A DNA stretch of 64,000 nucleotides from Macrostomum hystrix (Eukaryota > Animalia > Platyhelminthes), in contig CATNEN010000025.1 in NCBI GenBank assembly GCA_950097015.1, positions 930,001-994,000 of the forward strand. Reading direction: 5' to 3'. Positions 23,057 to 35,600 of this stretch are shown piece by piece. The notes beneath the pieces were generated by a model. The model was not told the DNA's origin and did no database searches. It saw only the letters and a list, made by a program, of their open reading frames with translations. Numbering within the stretch: position 1 is the first letter of the stretch; each line of letters starts with the position of its first letter. The position numbers and the translations under genes were made by a program.

Positions 23057-23600
23057 TCTAATCTATCCTCATAGATGAGAATGGATTGCTAATCTATCCT
23101 CATAGATGAGAATGGATTGCTAATCTATCCTCATAGATGAGAATGGATTGCTAATCTATCCTCATAGATGAGAATGGATTGCTAATCTATCCTCATACGA
23201 GCTAGATAAGAATGGATTGCTAATCTATCCTCATACGAGCTAGATAAGAATGGATTGCTAATCTATCCTCATAGATAAGAATGGATTGCTAATCTATCCT
23301 CATAGATGAGAATGGATTGCTAATCTATCCTCATACGAGCTAGATAACAATGGATTGCTAATCTATCCTCATAGATGAGAATGGATTGTTAATCTATCAT
23401 TATAGATAAGAATGGATTGTTAATAAATGCTTGTACATGAGAATGGATTGTTAATCTATGATTTTATATGAGAATGGATTGTTAATAAATGCTTGTACAT
23501 GAGAATGGATTGTTAATCTATGATTTTATATGAGAATGGATTGTTAATAAATGCTTGTACATGAGAATGGATTGCTAATCTATTCTCCTTGATGATTCGA
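23057..23600. repeat. 31-bp tandem minisatellite (ctaatctatcctcatagatgagaatggattg)
   Basis: Begins about 10 bp after the receptor stop codon. Confidence 0.9.
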
Positions 23601-24544
23601 GAAGAATGGAATGTACTGTTGGTGATTTTGTTTTGTCAATCATATTGTCCGAACTCCTCTTGTCTTTAAAAATGTCCTATTGTCCTATTGTCGTATTGAC
23701 CACTTGTTTCATGTTTTCATATTCTGTTTTATTTCATTCAAATTCAAAATAGCTAATTAAGATAGGAATGCTAAAGCGCAACAATGAGCTTGTCTTGATT
23801 TTTATTGTATACGCATTCGTTTTATTGACATACACTACGCAAATACTTTATTTGTATATGTTATTATTGTGGGAGAAGAGGCTTATTCAGAGCAGCTGCA
23901 GTTGAGTCGTTGTTGCGTTGGTCTCAGTCAAACATTGCAGAAGTGAATGCTAACTGAAGCATGTCAGATTAGCCCCCTAGCAGAAATTGAAGTGGCGGCC
24001 AACTACCCACACACAACAGCCTCACTAAAGTATTAACTTTTTATAATCGTGGCTTAAATCTGTCTCCTCACTCACCCTCGCTTTCCCAGCTGTCAGACTT
24101 ATTATTTTAATTCCAACCTGCTTCGATTCTTTTCCCTGACCATGGGGTTTTTTCACAAGCTTTATCCGTATATCTATAGTAACTAGTAGGTCAAGGTCAA
24201 AGGTCACGTCAAGAGCAGCAACAGTTTAATTAAATTACGATTGACTGGTCACGAAAGTTTAATGAATTATTTTATTTTCAATTGCACATTGTCATTCTAG
24301 TGCCTACGAGCTATTGGACAATGACTAAAATGACAACTTTTAACTTGTATTTTTTAATACTTGTACGAGTATCGTGTAAAAGTCTATATTATCTGTGTAA
24401 AGATTCCTTAATCATTCTTTAGAGTTATGTGACTTCGCATTATACATTCAAAAGCACTAATTGCGACTAGCTATGCGCTGAGTTTAAAAAGTTAATTGAA
24501 TTTTGTTTACTTTTTGATTTGATTTAATTTACAGTTAAAGAATC

Positions 24545-25180
24545 TGGAAGGATTGAGAATGACCCAATCTGAGGATCTGGGAGGATTGAGAATGATCCAA
24601 TCTGAGGATCTGGAAGGATTGAGAATGATCCAATCTGAGGATCTGGGAGGATTGAGAATGACCCAATCTGAGGATCTGGGAGGATTGAGAATGACCCAAT
24701 CTGAGGATCTGGGAGGATTGAGAATGATCCAATCTGAGGATCTGGAAGGATTGAGAATGACCCAATCTGAGGATCTGGGAGGATTGAGAATGACCCAATC
24801 TGAGGATCTGGAAGGATTGGGAATGACCCAATCTGAGGATCTGGGAGGATTGAGAATGACCCAATCTGAGGATCTGGGAGGATTGAGAATGACCCAATCT
24901 GAGGATCTGGGAGGATTGAGAATGACCCAATCTGAGGATCTGGAAGGATTGGGAATGACCCAATCTGAGGATCTGGGAGGATTGAGAATGACCCAATCTG
25001 AGGATCTGGGAGGATTGAGAATGACCCAATCTGAGGATCTGGAAGGATTGGGAATGACCCAATCTGAGGATCTGGAAGGATTGGGAATGACCCAATCTGA
25101 TGATTTGGAAGGATTGAGAATGATCCAATCTGAGGATCTGGAAGGATTGGGAATGACCCAATCTGATGATTTAAAAGGAT
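24545..25180. repeat. 33-bp tandem minisatellite (gaggattgagaatgacccaatctgaggatctgg)
   Basis: Direct reading. Confidence 0.95.
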
Positions 25181-25519
25181 CGAGAGCGACTCAAACTGAG
25201 GATCTGAAAGAAGGATGGGATAATGTGGAAAACCCAACCATGAAACCATAGCGATAGCTATAACAAAAACTAAGTAAAAGTTGTTGTGACGAAGAACACT
25301 AAAATGTTTATTAAATATGTTCAAAAATGCTGCTTAAGCACGAAATAATTAAAAGTGCTTAGTTATAGATTTTATTTTTAATCTTAGAAGATGAACAAAA
25401 TTATAACATGGCTAGCGAAACTGCATATGTTCGACACTTGCTTCTCAAAAACACAGCTTACTCACAAGAAAAAAACTCTACTCACTCACTGCTCAAAAAC
25501 AGTTCTCAACCCCCTGCTA

Positions 25520-26600
25520 AAAAAACACTACTCACCTACTGCTCAACAACACTAATTACTCCCTGCTCAAAAACACTACTTACCCCATGCTCAAAAATAC
25601 TACTCACTCCCTGCTCAAAAACACTACTCACTCACTGCTTAAAAACACTACTTACTCCCTGCTCAAAAAACACGACTCACTCCCTGCTCAAAAACACTAC
25701 TCACTCCCTGCTCAAAAACACTACTCACTCCCTGCTCAAAAACACTACTCACTCTCTGCTCAAAAACACTACTCACTCTCTGCTTAAAAACACTACTTAC
25801 TCCCTGCTCAAAAAACACGACTCACTCCCTGCTCAAAAACACTACTCACTCCCTGCTCAAAAACATTAATAAATCACTGCTTTAAAACACAACTCACTGC
25901 TTAAAAATCACAACTTACTCACTGCTCAAAATTACTACTCACACACAACACAACTCACTGCTTAAAAATCACTACTCACTCCCTGCTAAAAAACACTACT
26001 CGCTCCCTGCTCAAAAACACTACTCACTCCCTGCTCAAAAACACTACTCACTCACTGCCCAAAAACACTACTCACTGACTGCTCAAAAACATTAATAAAT
26101 CACTGCTTTAAAACACAACTCACTGCTTAAAAATCACTACTTACTCACTGCTCAAAATTACTACTCACACACTACTTAAAAACACTACTTACTAACTGAT
26201 CCAAAGCACTACTCACTGACTGCTCAAAAACATTAATAACTCACTGCTTTAAAACACAACTCACTGCTTAAAAATCACTACTTACTCACTGCTCAAAATT
26301 ACTACTCACACACTACTTAAAAACACTACTTACTAACTGATCCAAAGCACTACTCACTGACTGCTCAAAAACATTAATAAATCACTGCTTTAAAACACAA
26401 CTCACTGCTTAAAAATCACTACTTACTCACTGCTCAAAATTACTACTCACACACTACTTAAAAACACTACTTACTAACTGATCCAAAGCACTACTCACTG
26501 ACTGCTCAAAAACATCAATAACTCACTGCTTTAAAACACAACTCACTGCTCAAAATCACTACTCACTCACTGCTTAAAATCACTACTCACTCACTGCTCT
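25520..26600. repeat. ~24-bp degenerate tandem repeat (ctgctcaaaaacactactcactcc) with longer sub-periods
   Basis: Direct reading. Confidence 0.9.
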
Positions 26601-26692
26601 AATCAAAACAGTAAACGCAAACTGGAAACAGTGTTTAGAATGATAAGTAAAACTATAAGAAAACTGAAGCTAGAGACTAAAAGAGCTAGAGT

Positions 26693-27676
26693 CTACTGTT
26701 TTCGCACCCGAGTCCTATTAGATTTTAGCAGGCGTTCAAAATCCGGCGGTCCCTGCTGTCGCATGTAGTTCTCAAACAGTCTCTCGCCATCAGGCAGTGA
26801 CGGGCTTGGATGCATCTCAGTCAGCCAATTGTCAATGTCAATCTGGGGCAGTTGGACTGGCGGTAGGCTGCCGCCGCTGCCTCCGCCTCCGGGCTCGCCC
26901 AGTGTGACGGCATGCAGCGACGCCTTCACCTGGACAGTGACTCGATTGTTCAACTGGACGCCAACGCGAAACACGGCGCCACCGCTGGCGCTGCCAGCCT
27001 TCTGACGCTGGGCAGATCTAACAGCCAGTTTAGGCAGCTTGTCAGGCATTTTAATAGCCTGCCTGGGCACTTCGATACCGTAGCGCCGGAATGCCACGCA
27101 CAGGTGACGCTCGGTTAATTGAAATTGGTCAGCCTGGCTAACGATTGCAGCCTGATTGACTGGCACCAATAGGTGCATTAGTTCCAGTGTGCGCTGCAAC
27201 TGATACAGCGGACCAGTGAATACGCGAGCGTCTCTCCACGCGCCGCTACTATTAGTAGCCTGATTAGCGGAGGCGCCGCTACCCAGCTCGGATTTAGATG
27301 CAATAGTAGCCCAGCCAAGCGGATAGAGATAGTGCCAATAGCGGGATCTGTGGACATAGGCTAGCTGGCCAGCCTCGCCAAGGCCGGGCACATCGCGAGC
27401 CAGCTTAACGGGCAGCAGCTGCTCAGAATCTGGTCGCTTAGCCAGCAGATCAGCTGTCTCATATAGTTTGCTATAGATTGGCACGCGGTTGGGATAATCG
27501 TCTATTTCCTGCAGCAGCGGCCGGTCATCCAGCTCTGGATAGGGTCGGTCAAGCTCGTGCTTGCGAGCTACAATCACTGTGCCTCGACGTGGCGATAGCA
27601 ACCACGACTGTTGCCAGGCGATTGAGCGCCACAGTTTAGATACTAGAGAATGCTGCAATTTCAAATATTTAATCAT
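26693..27676 (-). CDS. MRPL9: 39S mitochondrial ribosomal protein L9, single exon, ~327 aa
   Basis: L9 N-terminal motif VKLARDVPGLGEAGQLAYVHRSRYWHYLYPLGWATIAS preceded by RGTVIVARK; ATG at 27676 (ttaaaaacATG); basic, transit-peptide-like N-terminus. Confidence 0.8.
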   Translation of the reverse strand: MIKYLKLQHSLVSKLWRSIAWQQSWLLSPRRGTVIVARKHELDRPYPELDDRPLLQEIDDYPNRVPIYSKLYETADLLAKRPDSEQLLPVKLARDVPGLGEAGQLAYVHRSRYWHYLYPLGWATIASKSELGSGASANQATNSSGAWRDARVFTGPLYQLQRTLELMHLLVPVNQAAIVSQADQFQLTERHLCVAFRRYGIEVPRQAIKMPDKLPKLAVRSAQRQKAGSASGGAVFRVGVQLNNRVTVQVKASLHAVTLGEPGGGGSGGSLPPVQLPQIDIDNWLTEMHPSPSLPDGERLFENYMRQQGPPDFERLLKSNRTRVRKQ

Positions 27677-27904
27677 GTTTTTAAACCGTTTGCCTACATA
27701 AGTGGTCTTCAATCAACAAATAAGCCTATATGTATTGAAAAACGTTAAAATAAGATACGGCTCGTAATTTTCTTTCAATCACTATCTCAATGAGTTAAAA
27801 TGCACAGTTGGCTAGAGGCATAAAAGAAATGTAGAGTTAGGAGAACGATAGTGAGGGTAAGAGTAATAAGATAGATGGGTAGCGGAAGAATAAATGGAAA
27901 AAAC

Positions 27905-28640
27905 AGAGAAAGATAGAGAGAGGGCAGAGAGATAGGAAGAAGGGGTAGTAAGATAGAGAGAGGGCAGAGAGATAGGGAGAGGGGGTAGAAAGATAGAGAG
28001 AGGGCAGAGAGATAGGGAGAGGGGGTAGTAAGATAGAGAGAGGGCAGAGAGATAGGGAGAGGGGGTAGAAAGATAGAGAGAGGGCAGAGAGATAGGGAGA
28101 GGGGGTAGTAAGATAGAGAGAGGGCAGAGAGATAGGGAGAGGGGTAGTAAGATAGAGAGAGGGCAGAGAGATAGGGAGAGGGGGTAGTAAGATAGAGAGA
28201 GGGCAGAGAGATAGGGAGAGGGGGTAGAAAGATAGAGAGAGGGCAGAGAGATAGGAAGAAGGGGTAGTAAGATAGAGAGAGGGCAGAGAGATAGGAAGAG
28301 GGGTAGTAAGATAGAGAGAGGTCAGAGAGATAGGAAGAGGGGGTAGTAAGATAGAGAGAGGGCAGAGAGATATGGAGAGGGGATAGAAAGATAGAGAGAG
28401 GGCAGAGAGATAGGAAGAGGGGGTAGTAAGATAGAGAGAGGGCAGAGAGATAGGGAGAGGGGGTAGAAAGATAGAGAGAGGGCAGAGAGATAGGAAGAGG
28501 GGGTAGTAAGATAGAGAGAGGGCAGAGAGATAGGAAGAGGGGGTAGTAAGATAGAGAGAGGGCAGAGAGATAGGAAGAGGGGGTAGAAAGATAGAGAGAG
28601 GGCAGAGAGATAGGGAGAGGGGGTAGAAAGATAGAGAGGA
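27905..28640. repeat. ~40-bp purine-rich tandem repeat (gagagagggcagagagatagggagagggggtagtaagata)
   Basis: Direct reading. Confidence 0.95.
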
Positions 28641-29628
28641 GCAGAAATATAGAAAGAGAGACAGAAACATTGAGAAAGGAGTAAAATAGATGGAAGTAGG
28701 ATGGAGAATAAGCTAGAGAGAATGAGAGAGAGATAAAGAGGGGGAATAAGGTAAAACTATATGACCTATTACAAAGAGAGCAACATAATAAACTATACGT
28801 ACCTTTAAATATAAGACTAAGCAAAAAATAGGAAAAAAAAGACAAGAAAAACTGTTTTCTGGGTGGACAAAAACGCGGAGAGAAAAAGTAAGCACACACA
28901 CACACACACACACACAAGAAACAGACATAAGTGGGGCTGGAGAGTGGGATCGGCTGTCCACATGGGAAAATTGTTTATTTGTTTGTTTATTTAGGATAAC
29001 AAGCAAACAGAAGCACTAAGAGACACGGCTATTTAGGAATCTTGAACAGTATTTAGGAAAATTTATCTTAGCTTGACAAATAAACCAGACTTACTATTTT
29101 AGCTGCTGATAATTGACAAACAGACTAAGACGCGGGTGGCATTGAAAATCGATTGCAGGCGCTAGGTTAGATATACTACTCACACCGCTGATGCACTTAA
29201 TGATAGTAGTTGCGCTTTCTGTCGTTTAAAGTTACAAGTTTTCCTTATAGAAACCGGGATACCGATATAGAAACAAAAAAGACACAGGTTGCATAAGTAT
29301 ATTTAAACAAATGTTTGTATTTGTTAATAATTTGTTTGTGAGCGAGGCAGCAAAAAGGACTTGTTTAATTAGTTCTTTTTAACTACAAAACACCAATAGG
29401 AAACTATTCAATCATTAGACAGACGTTACAATTTTCTATTTTCCCTTTGCAAATTTATCCTCATTTCTACCTACTAAGTTACAAAAGTAGTATCAGAAGC
29501 GCTTTTTCGACAATTTTCGTCTATTTTTAGTCTGAAAAAGTTTTTAAGTAGACTAAATACGTATAAAAGACATATGCCTCCAGTGTATTAAAGTATAAAA
29601 TAGTTTTACGAACGGCTTGTCTAACTTC

Positions 29629-32600
29629 TCAAGCCTGATAGTTGGGATTCTTTCTTAGAATGATGAAACCCTCCAGAGGCAGGCTGCTAACTGGTTCGTA
29701 CTCTTCGGTGGCTAGTTCGGCGCGCTCTCCGTGGGCTAGCAGAACCGGCGTGGTGTGTGTCTGGAAGCCGGTGATGGTCTTTGGCCGGCCGGCTTGGCCA
29801 ACGGTGTCCACGGCTTGGCCAACTCGAACTGGGACCTGGGCGATCAATAAGTAATAAGCATTTCTTATTTACCGATTAATTGGGCAAGATAAAAACTCTT
29901 TAGCTACATAAAGCAACTCAGATAAAAAATACTCCAATCCAAAAGCTGCTACTCAGACCCAAAAGCCAGTTAGACCTAACAGCTACTCAAAGTCAATAAA
30001 AATCTACTTAAATTCAAAAGCAACTTAAAGTCAAAAGCTAATCATACCCATAAGGTAGCCAGACCTAAAGCTACTCACACCCAAAAGCTACTCAAAGTCA
30101 ATCAAAAGCTCATTAAACCAAAAAGCAACTCAAACCCGAAAGCTAGTCAGACCCAAATGCTACTCAAAGTCAAAAGATACTCAAAGTAAAAAGCTACTCA
30201 AACCCAAAGGGTACTCAGACCTAAAAGCTACTCAAACCCAAAGGGTACTCAGACCTAAAAGCTATTCAAACCCAAAGGGTACTCAGACCTAAAAGCTATT
30301 CAAACCCAAAGGGTACTCAGACCTAAAAGCTACTCAAACCCAAAGGGTACTCAGACCTAAAAGCTATTCAGACCCAAAAGCTAATCAAAGTCAAAAGCTA
30401 CTTAAAGCAGAATGCTAATCAAACCCAAATGCTACTCAGACCCAAAAGCTGCCAAGGTCAAATGTTTCTTTAAGTCAAAAGCTACTCAAACCCAAGGGGT
30501 ACTCAGACCTAAAAACTACCCAGACCCAAAGGCTACACAACATAAAATACAATAATAATTGAGAAATTATTCACAACGCAGACAGACCTGCAGCGGCTGC
30601 ATCTCGGCGTCGAATGTCATGAGCAGACGCGGCTGAATAGCGGGAGTCAGATAGAACAGCAGGCAGTCCCAGCCATTAGCCAGCAGCAGGCGGCGCATAT
30701 CCAGGCCGGCCACTAGGACAGTCAGTAGGCCGGCTAGAGCGCCGGGATTGTTTAGGAACTTGTCCGAATGAGACGGCGTCAGTGTCAGAGTGCCTTTGCC
30801 CAGATGGGTGAGACCTTGGGCTAGTCGGACAGCGAATAGGGCCAGCGGATCCTTAGCGTGATAGCCGGCTAGTTGACGGAGCATAGCAGCCAGGCGGGCA
30901 TTGTTAGTGCCAGCGCCGCAGAGGCCCATGGCCAAGATTGAGGACAGGGCCACTTCAATGTCAGAGTCGTGCGAAAATTTGCTCAGCAGGTCGAGAACCT
31001 TTGGAATTATATGGGTAACAAAAGAGATTTAAAATTGGATTTTTTCAGATCTAAGATAGTGAAATTCCTGTGGTCTGATCAACCAGTCAGAGATGAAGGC
31101 AGCAAAAAAATTGATCACATATCACTGTTCATAGCGAGATTAAAATCTTGTACCTGTGATCACACTCTCTGGTCATAGTACAATGTCGCACTGCTGTGAT
31201 CACAGACTGAGTGATCATAATTCAAGGTCACACACCTGTGATCACAGACTAACTGTTCCTAATCGCTGAGCAAACCAGTAACACTAAGTCCACATTAGTT
31301 CTCACCTTAAGCTCAGGATTGGAGGTGTAAATCAGGCCCAGAGCTAGCGGCACCGCACGTTTAATATTAGCCTCGCCGAAGCGCAGCAGGTGGCCGAAGA
31401 TGCGGAAAGCCATCTCCTTGCCAACATCTTCGCCCATGGCGACCAGGGCGACGCCGAGCACGGCTACGCCCTGAGCATAGGCAGTCGTGGCCTCATCAGA
31501 TTTAATCTTGGCAGCTTCGGCAGCCGCTGCAGTGCCAGCGGTGCTATTGTTCTCAGGCGGCCGGCTGCTGCTAGTCGAACGGCCGCCAGTGCTCCCAGTG
31601 CTGCTGGAACCGTCGCCGGCGCCAGGCTCTTCTTGAGCCTTCTCGCTGAGCAGATGAAGCATGCTCTGCACTTTGAGCACATTGCCTGTGCAAGCGTAGG
31701 CGCAGGCTTCGCACAAAATTCTGGCTAGAGATCTGATTGGCTCTTCGACAGCGGCTAAACCGGCAAGAACCGGTTCCGCAGCCTCCTGCCTGCCAAGACA
31801 GCAGAGAGCCAGGCCGAGAGCGTGCAGCCTGGCTAGCGGCTTCACCCGGTCGGCTGGCGGAGCCTCCAGGAGGCTCTGCAAAATGCTGGACGTCACATCG
31901 GAGTGCAGGGTTCCAGCCGCAATGACGCCACAGGACAGAGCAGCCAGGGCGGCCTGCTCCGGCTTGCCCTGCTCAGTGATTAGCGGCTGTAGGCGGAAGA
32001 TGGCTGATTCGCCGCCGCTACCCCGGCCGGCGTAGGCTACGCCAAGGCCAATCAGGGCGGCCTTGTTAAGGCAGGGCGTCTTGTGCTCAACGTAGTCGGC
32101 TAGGAGAGCCAGGGCCGGCTCGCATTCGTTGCGCACGCCTGAGTTCACAACGCCGCAGGCTAGCAGGGCGCCGGCTTTGATGTTGTCATCCTTGAGTATG
32201 AGGGAATTGAAATTGTCGATTTAAAACCCTTTTGCGTTCTGTGTGTCTGTGTGTTCTGGGTTTTGCTATGGGATTCGGGTATATTGCTATGGGATCTGGG
32301 TGTATTGCTATGGGATCTGGGTGTATTGCTACGGGATCTAGGTGTATTGCTATGGGATCCTGGTTTATCGTTTGTGATCAGGGTGTACGAGTCTTGCTAT
32401 GGCCGGGGATCTGGGTGTATTTTTATGGGATTTGAAAGCATTGCTATGGGATCTGGGTGTATTGCTACGGGATCTAGGTGTATTGCTATGGGATCCGGTT
32501 TTGTCGTTTGTGATCAGGGTGTATTGCTATGGGATCTGGGTGTGTCGCTAAGGGATCTCAGGATCTGGGGTGTTGCTATGGGATCTCGGCGCGTTAATTT

Positions 32601-35600
32601 TTGAAGGTGTCTTTTTGAGATCTAGACCAGTTGGAGGTACCAGTTGCTAGAGTATCAAGATAACTGCTAGGGTATCTATCTGGGATGCCTAGACAGGTAA
32701 AAATATCAGAGGCACATCCACTCACCTGCAGGTAAAGGTACTTGTCAATCTGCACTAGTCCGCCGTCCACATCCCAGAGCAGCAGCCAGCCCAGGGTGGC
32801 CACAGCAGACATCATGCCTGCATCCTTATTCCTATAGATCCACTTCATCTTGCTGTCCTCGTCCATTAGCAGTTTGTCACGACCGAAGCCGCAGTTAACC
32901 AGGCCATTAACATAAGATGAGGCCAGATTCTGTCTAGCCGAGTCCACTGTCCCTGTGCCGATGCGTGTGGGCTCCAGGTGCGACTTGTATATGTCCTCAG
33001 GTAGCTAGATTGAATAATTGTGAGATGTTGGATGTTCAGAGTTACAGCAGATTTTAATTATCACAATGCCTGATTAGACGCATTTAAAATGGTGGCAATT
33101 GTAGAATTAGGTAGATGTTGAGATTTCAGGCGCTTATGTGTTAAAGTGAGAAAAAGGCTAGATTCCCTGTAAAAAATTCGGCTGCTTCTTCGGCGGGTTT
33201 TTTGTGCAAAATAGGAGTGGAATCTACCAAAAACCCCCCTTATCTCGCAAGAGTTAAAGAAACCACCCAGGAAGCAGCCGATGTAACCGTAAATTGTGCG
33301 GGAACTGCCGAAGAATCACCCGAACCAGTGGCCCATGGGACAACCAGAGAATTCTTTACGGGCGATTCCTCGGCGGTTTCTGAGCATGGAATCTTCCGAA
33401 CTGGGTGATTCCATTTCGCCACCAAGAAGCACGAGAAAAAGCCCAGTTAGGTAGATTCTAAGCATGGAATCATCCGATTGGTATGTTTCCAGCGTTCGGC
33501 TGTTTCTTTTTCTGGAAACACCGCAGATTCCAACTGGAATCACCCAAAGAAACATCCCTATTTTTAGCGGGTTTTGGTTAAAGTCGCAGAGTAAGGGTAA
33601 ACATTGGGCGATAATTGTAGGATTATGGGGAAATCTGGCGATAATTGTAGGATAATGGGGAAATTAGGCGACAGTCGCATAGTTAGGCAGAAATTAGGCG
33701 ACGCGCGTCAAATGCAAGAGATCGAATAGCGCATGGTATAATACTGATGGTAGAGTATTACCTTGGGTTCCATTATGTCCAATTCGCGACCTAGCGCATG
33801 AAAGTGCTCATTAAGGCGAGCGTTGGCCATCAGTTCGCTGAGCAATTCAGCATCATCGTAGGCGTCTTCGTCCCAATCAGCGGCGAATTGTTGTCTACCT
33901 AGTAGGCAGGCCAGCTGCTTTCTAACAGTGGGATCAGGGATGTCCGCAAACTGTTTGGAGACCATTTCGGGATTGTTTAGCTTTAAAGCGCATCGCATTG
34001 CGTTGCCGTGGTCGCCAAATTTCAGATAAATTCGCCTGGCAGTGTCTAGTACAGCTGTCCAGTCTTCGTCTGGTAGGTAGGGCACGCAGCTGGTGAGGTA
34101 CAGACAGACGCGCTGGTAGTTAGCCTGGATTTCAGCCATTGGGGGAATAGTTTTAGTCAAGTTCGAATTCAATTGATTGGAGCAAATAGTTATCGATATA
34201 GTATCGATTATAGTTTACTTATCAGTGGGAGAGACACATAGCTCATGGAGAGACACATAGGTCATAATGGAGTGTAGCTCATGGAGAGACACAGGTCATA
34301 ATGGAGTGTAGCTCATGGAGAGACACATAGGTCATAATGGAGTGTAGCTCATGGAGAGATAAATAGGTCATAATGGAGTGTAGCTTATGGAGAGACAAAT
34401 AGGTCATAATGGAGTCTAGCTCATGGAAGAGGCACATAGGTCGTGATAAAGTCTGGCTCCTGAGAGACTGTACAAACATAGGGACATGGGTAATGATAAA
34501 TTCTAGCTCATGGATACTGTACAGACATGGGTCATGATAAATTCTAGCTCATGGATACTGTACAGACATGGGTCATGATAAATTCTAGCTCATGGATACT
34601 GTACAGACATGGGTCATGATAAATTCTAGCTCATGGATACTGTACAGACATGGGTCATGATAAATTCTAGCTCATGGATACTGTACAGACATGGGTCATG
34701 ATAAAGTCTGGCTCCTGAGAGACTGTACAGACATGGGTCATGATAAATTCTAGCTCATGGATACTGTACAGGCATGGGTCATGATAAAGTCTAGCTGATG
34801 GATACTGTACAGGCATGGGTCATGATAAAGTCTAGCTCATGGATACTGTACAGGCATGGGTCATGATAAAGTCTAGCTGATGGATACTGTACAGACATGG
34901 GTCATGATAAAGTCTAGCTGATGGATACTGTACAGACATGGGTAATGATAAAGTCTAGCTGATGGATACTGTACAGACATGGGTAATGATAAAGTCTAGT
35001 CTCTGAGAGAGAGAGACATAGGTCCTGATGAAGCTCTAACTCATGGATACTGGAAAAATAGATTCCAATTGATTCAAGCCCATGAAAAGTACACACCTGT
35101 CCAGTGTGCCTCTCCAGCATAGCCAGTTGGCCAGTTTCAACGCACAGATCGATAGCCTCAGACTCAGCATTGTGGCCCATGTGATAAGGTATGATCTGTT
35201 CGCACAGTGACAGCAGCTGTTCCCGGGTGACTCGAATTCCAACAGCAGCCGGTGACGGAGTGTCCTCCTCCATTGGCTCATCGCCTTCATCGTCGTCTTC
35301 GGTAAAGTCGTCTTCTTCAACATTGTCGGCACCCTGAGTAGCCTCTTGCTGCTGCCGTTGCTGTTTCTGCAGTTTTCGCTGCTGACGCCTCTGACGCAGC
35401 ATTTGCTGCTGCTCGGCATCGGCCATGGCCTCCCATTCCAGGACGCACTGACCAGTGAGGTGGCGCACATACTCGTGGCCCCAGGCACCAATTTCTTCAG
35501 TGCTGCCTAAGAATCGAAAACGCAGCGAATCTGTTCGAAATTCTTCTTTATCAACTGCGGTCATGGCCAGTACCGAGACAATGTCAGCGCATAGATGCTT

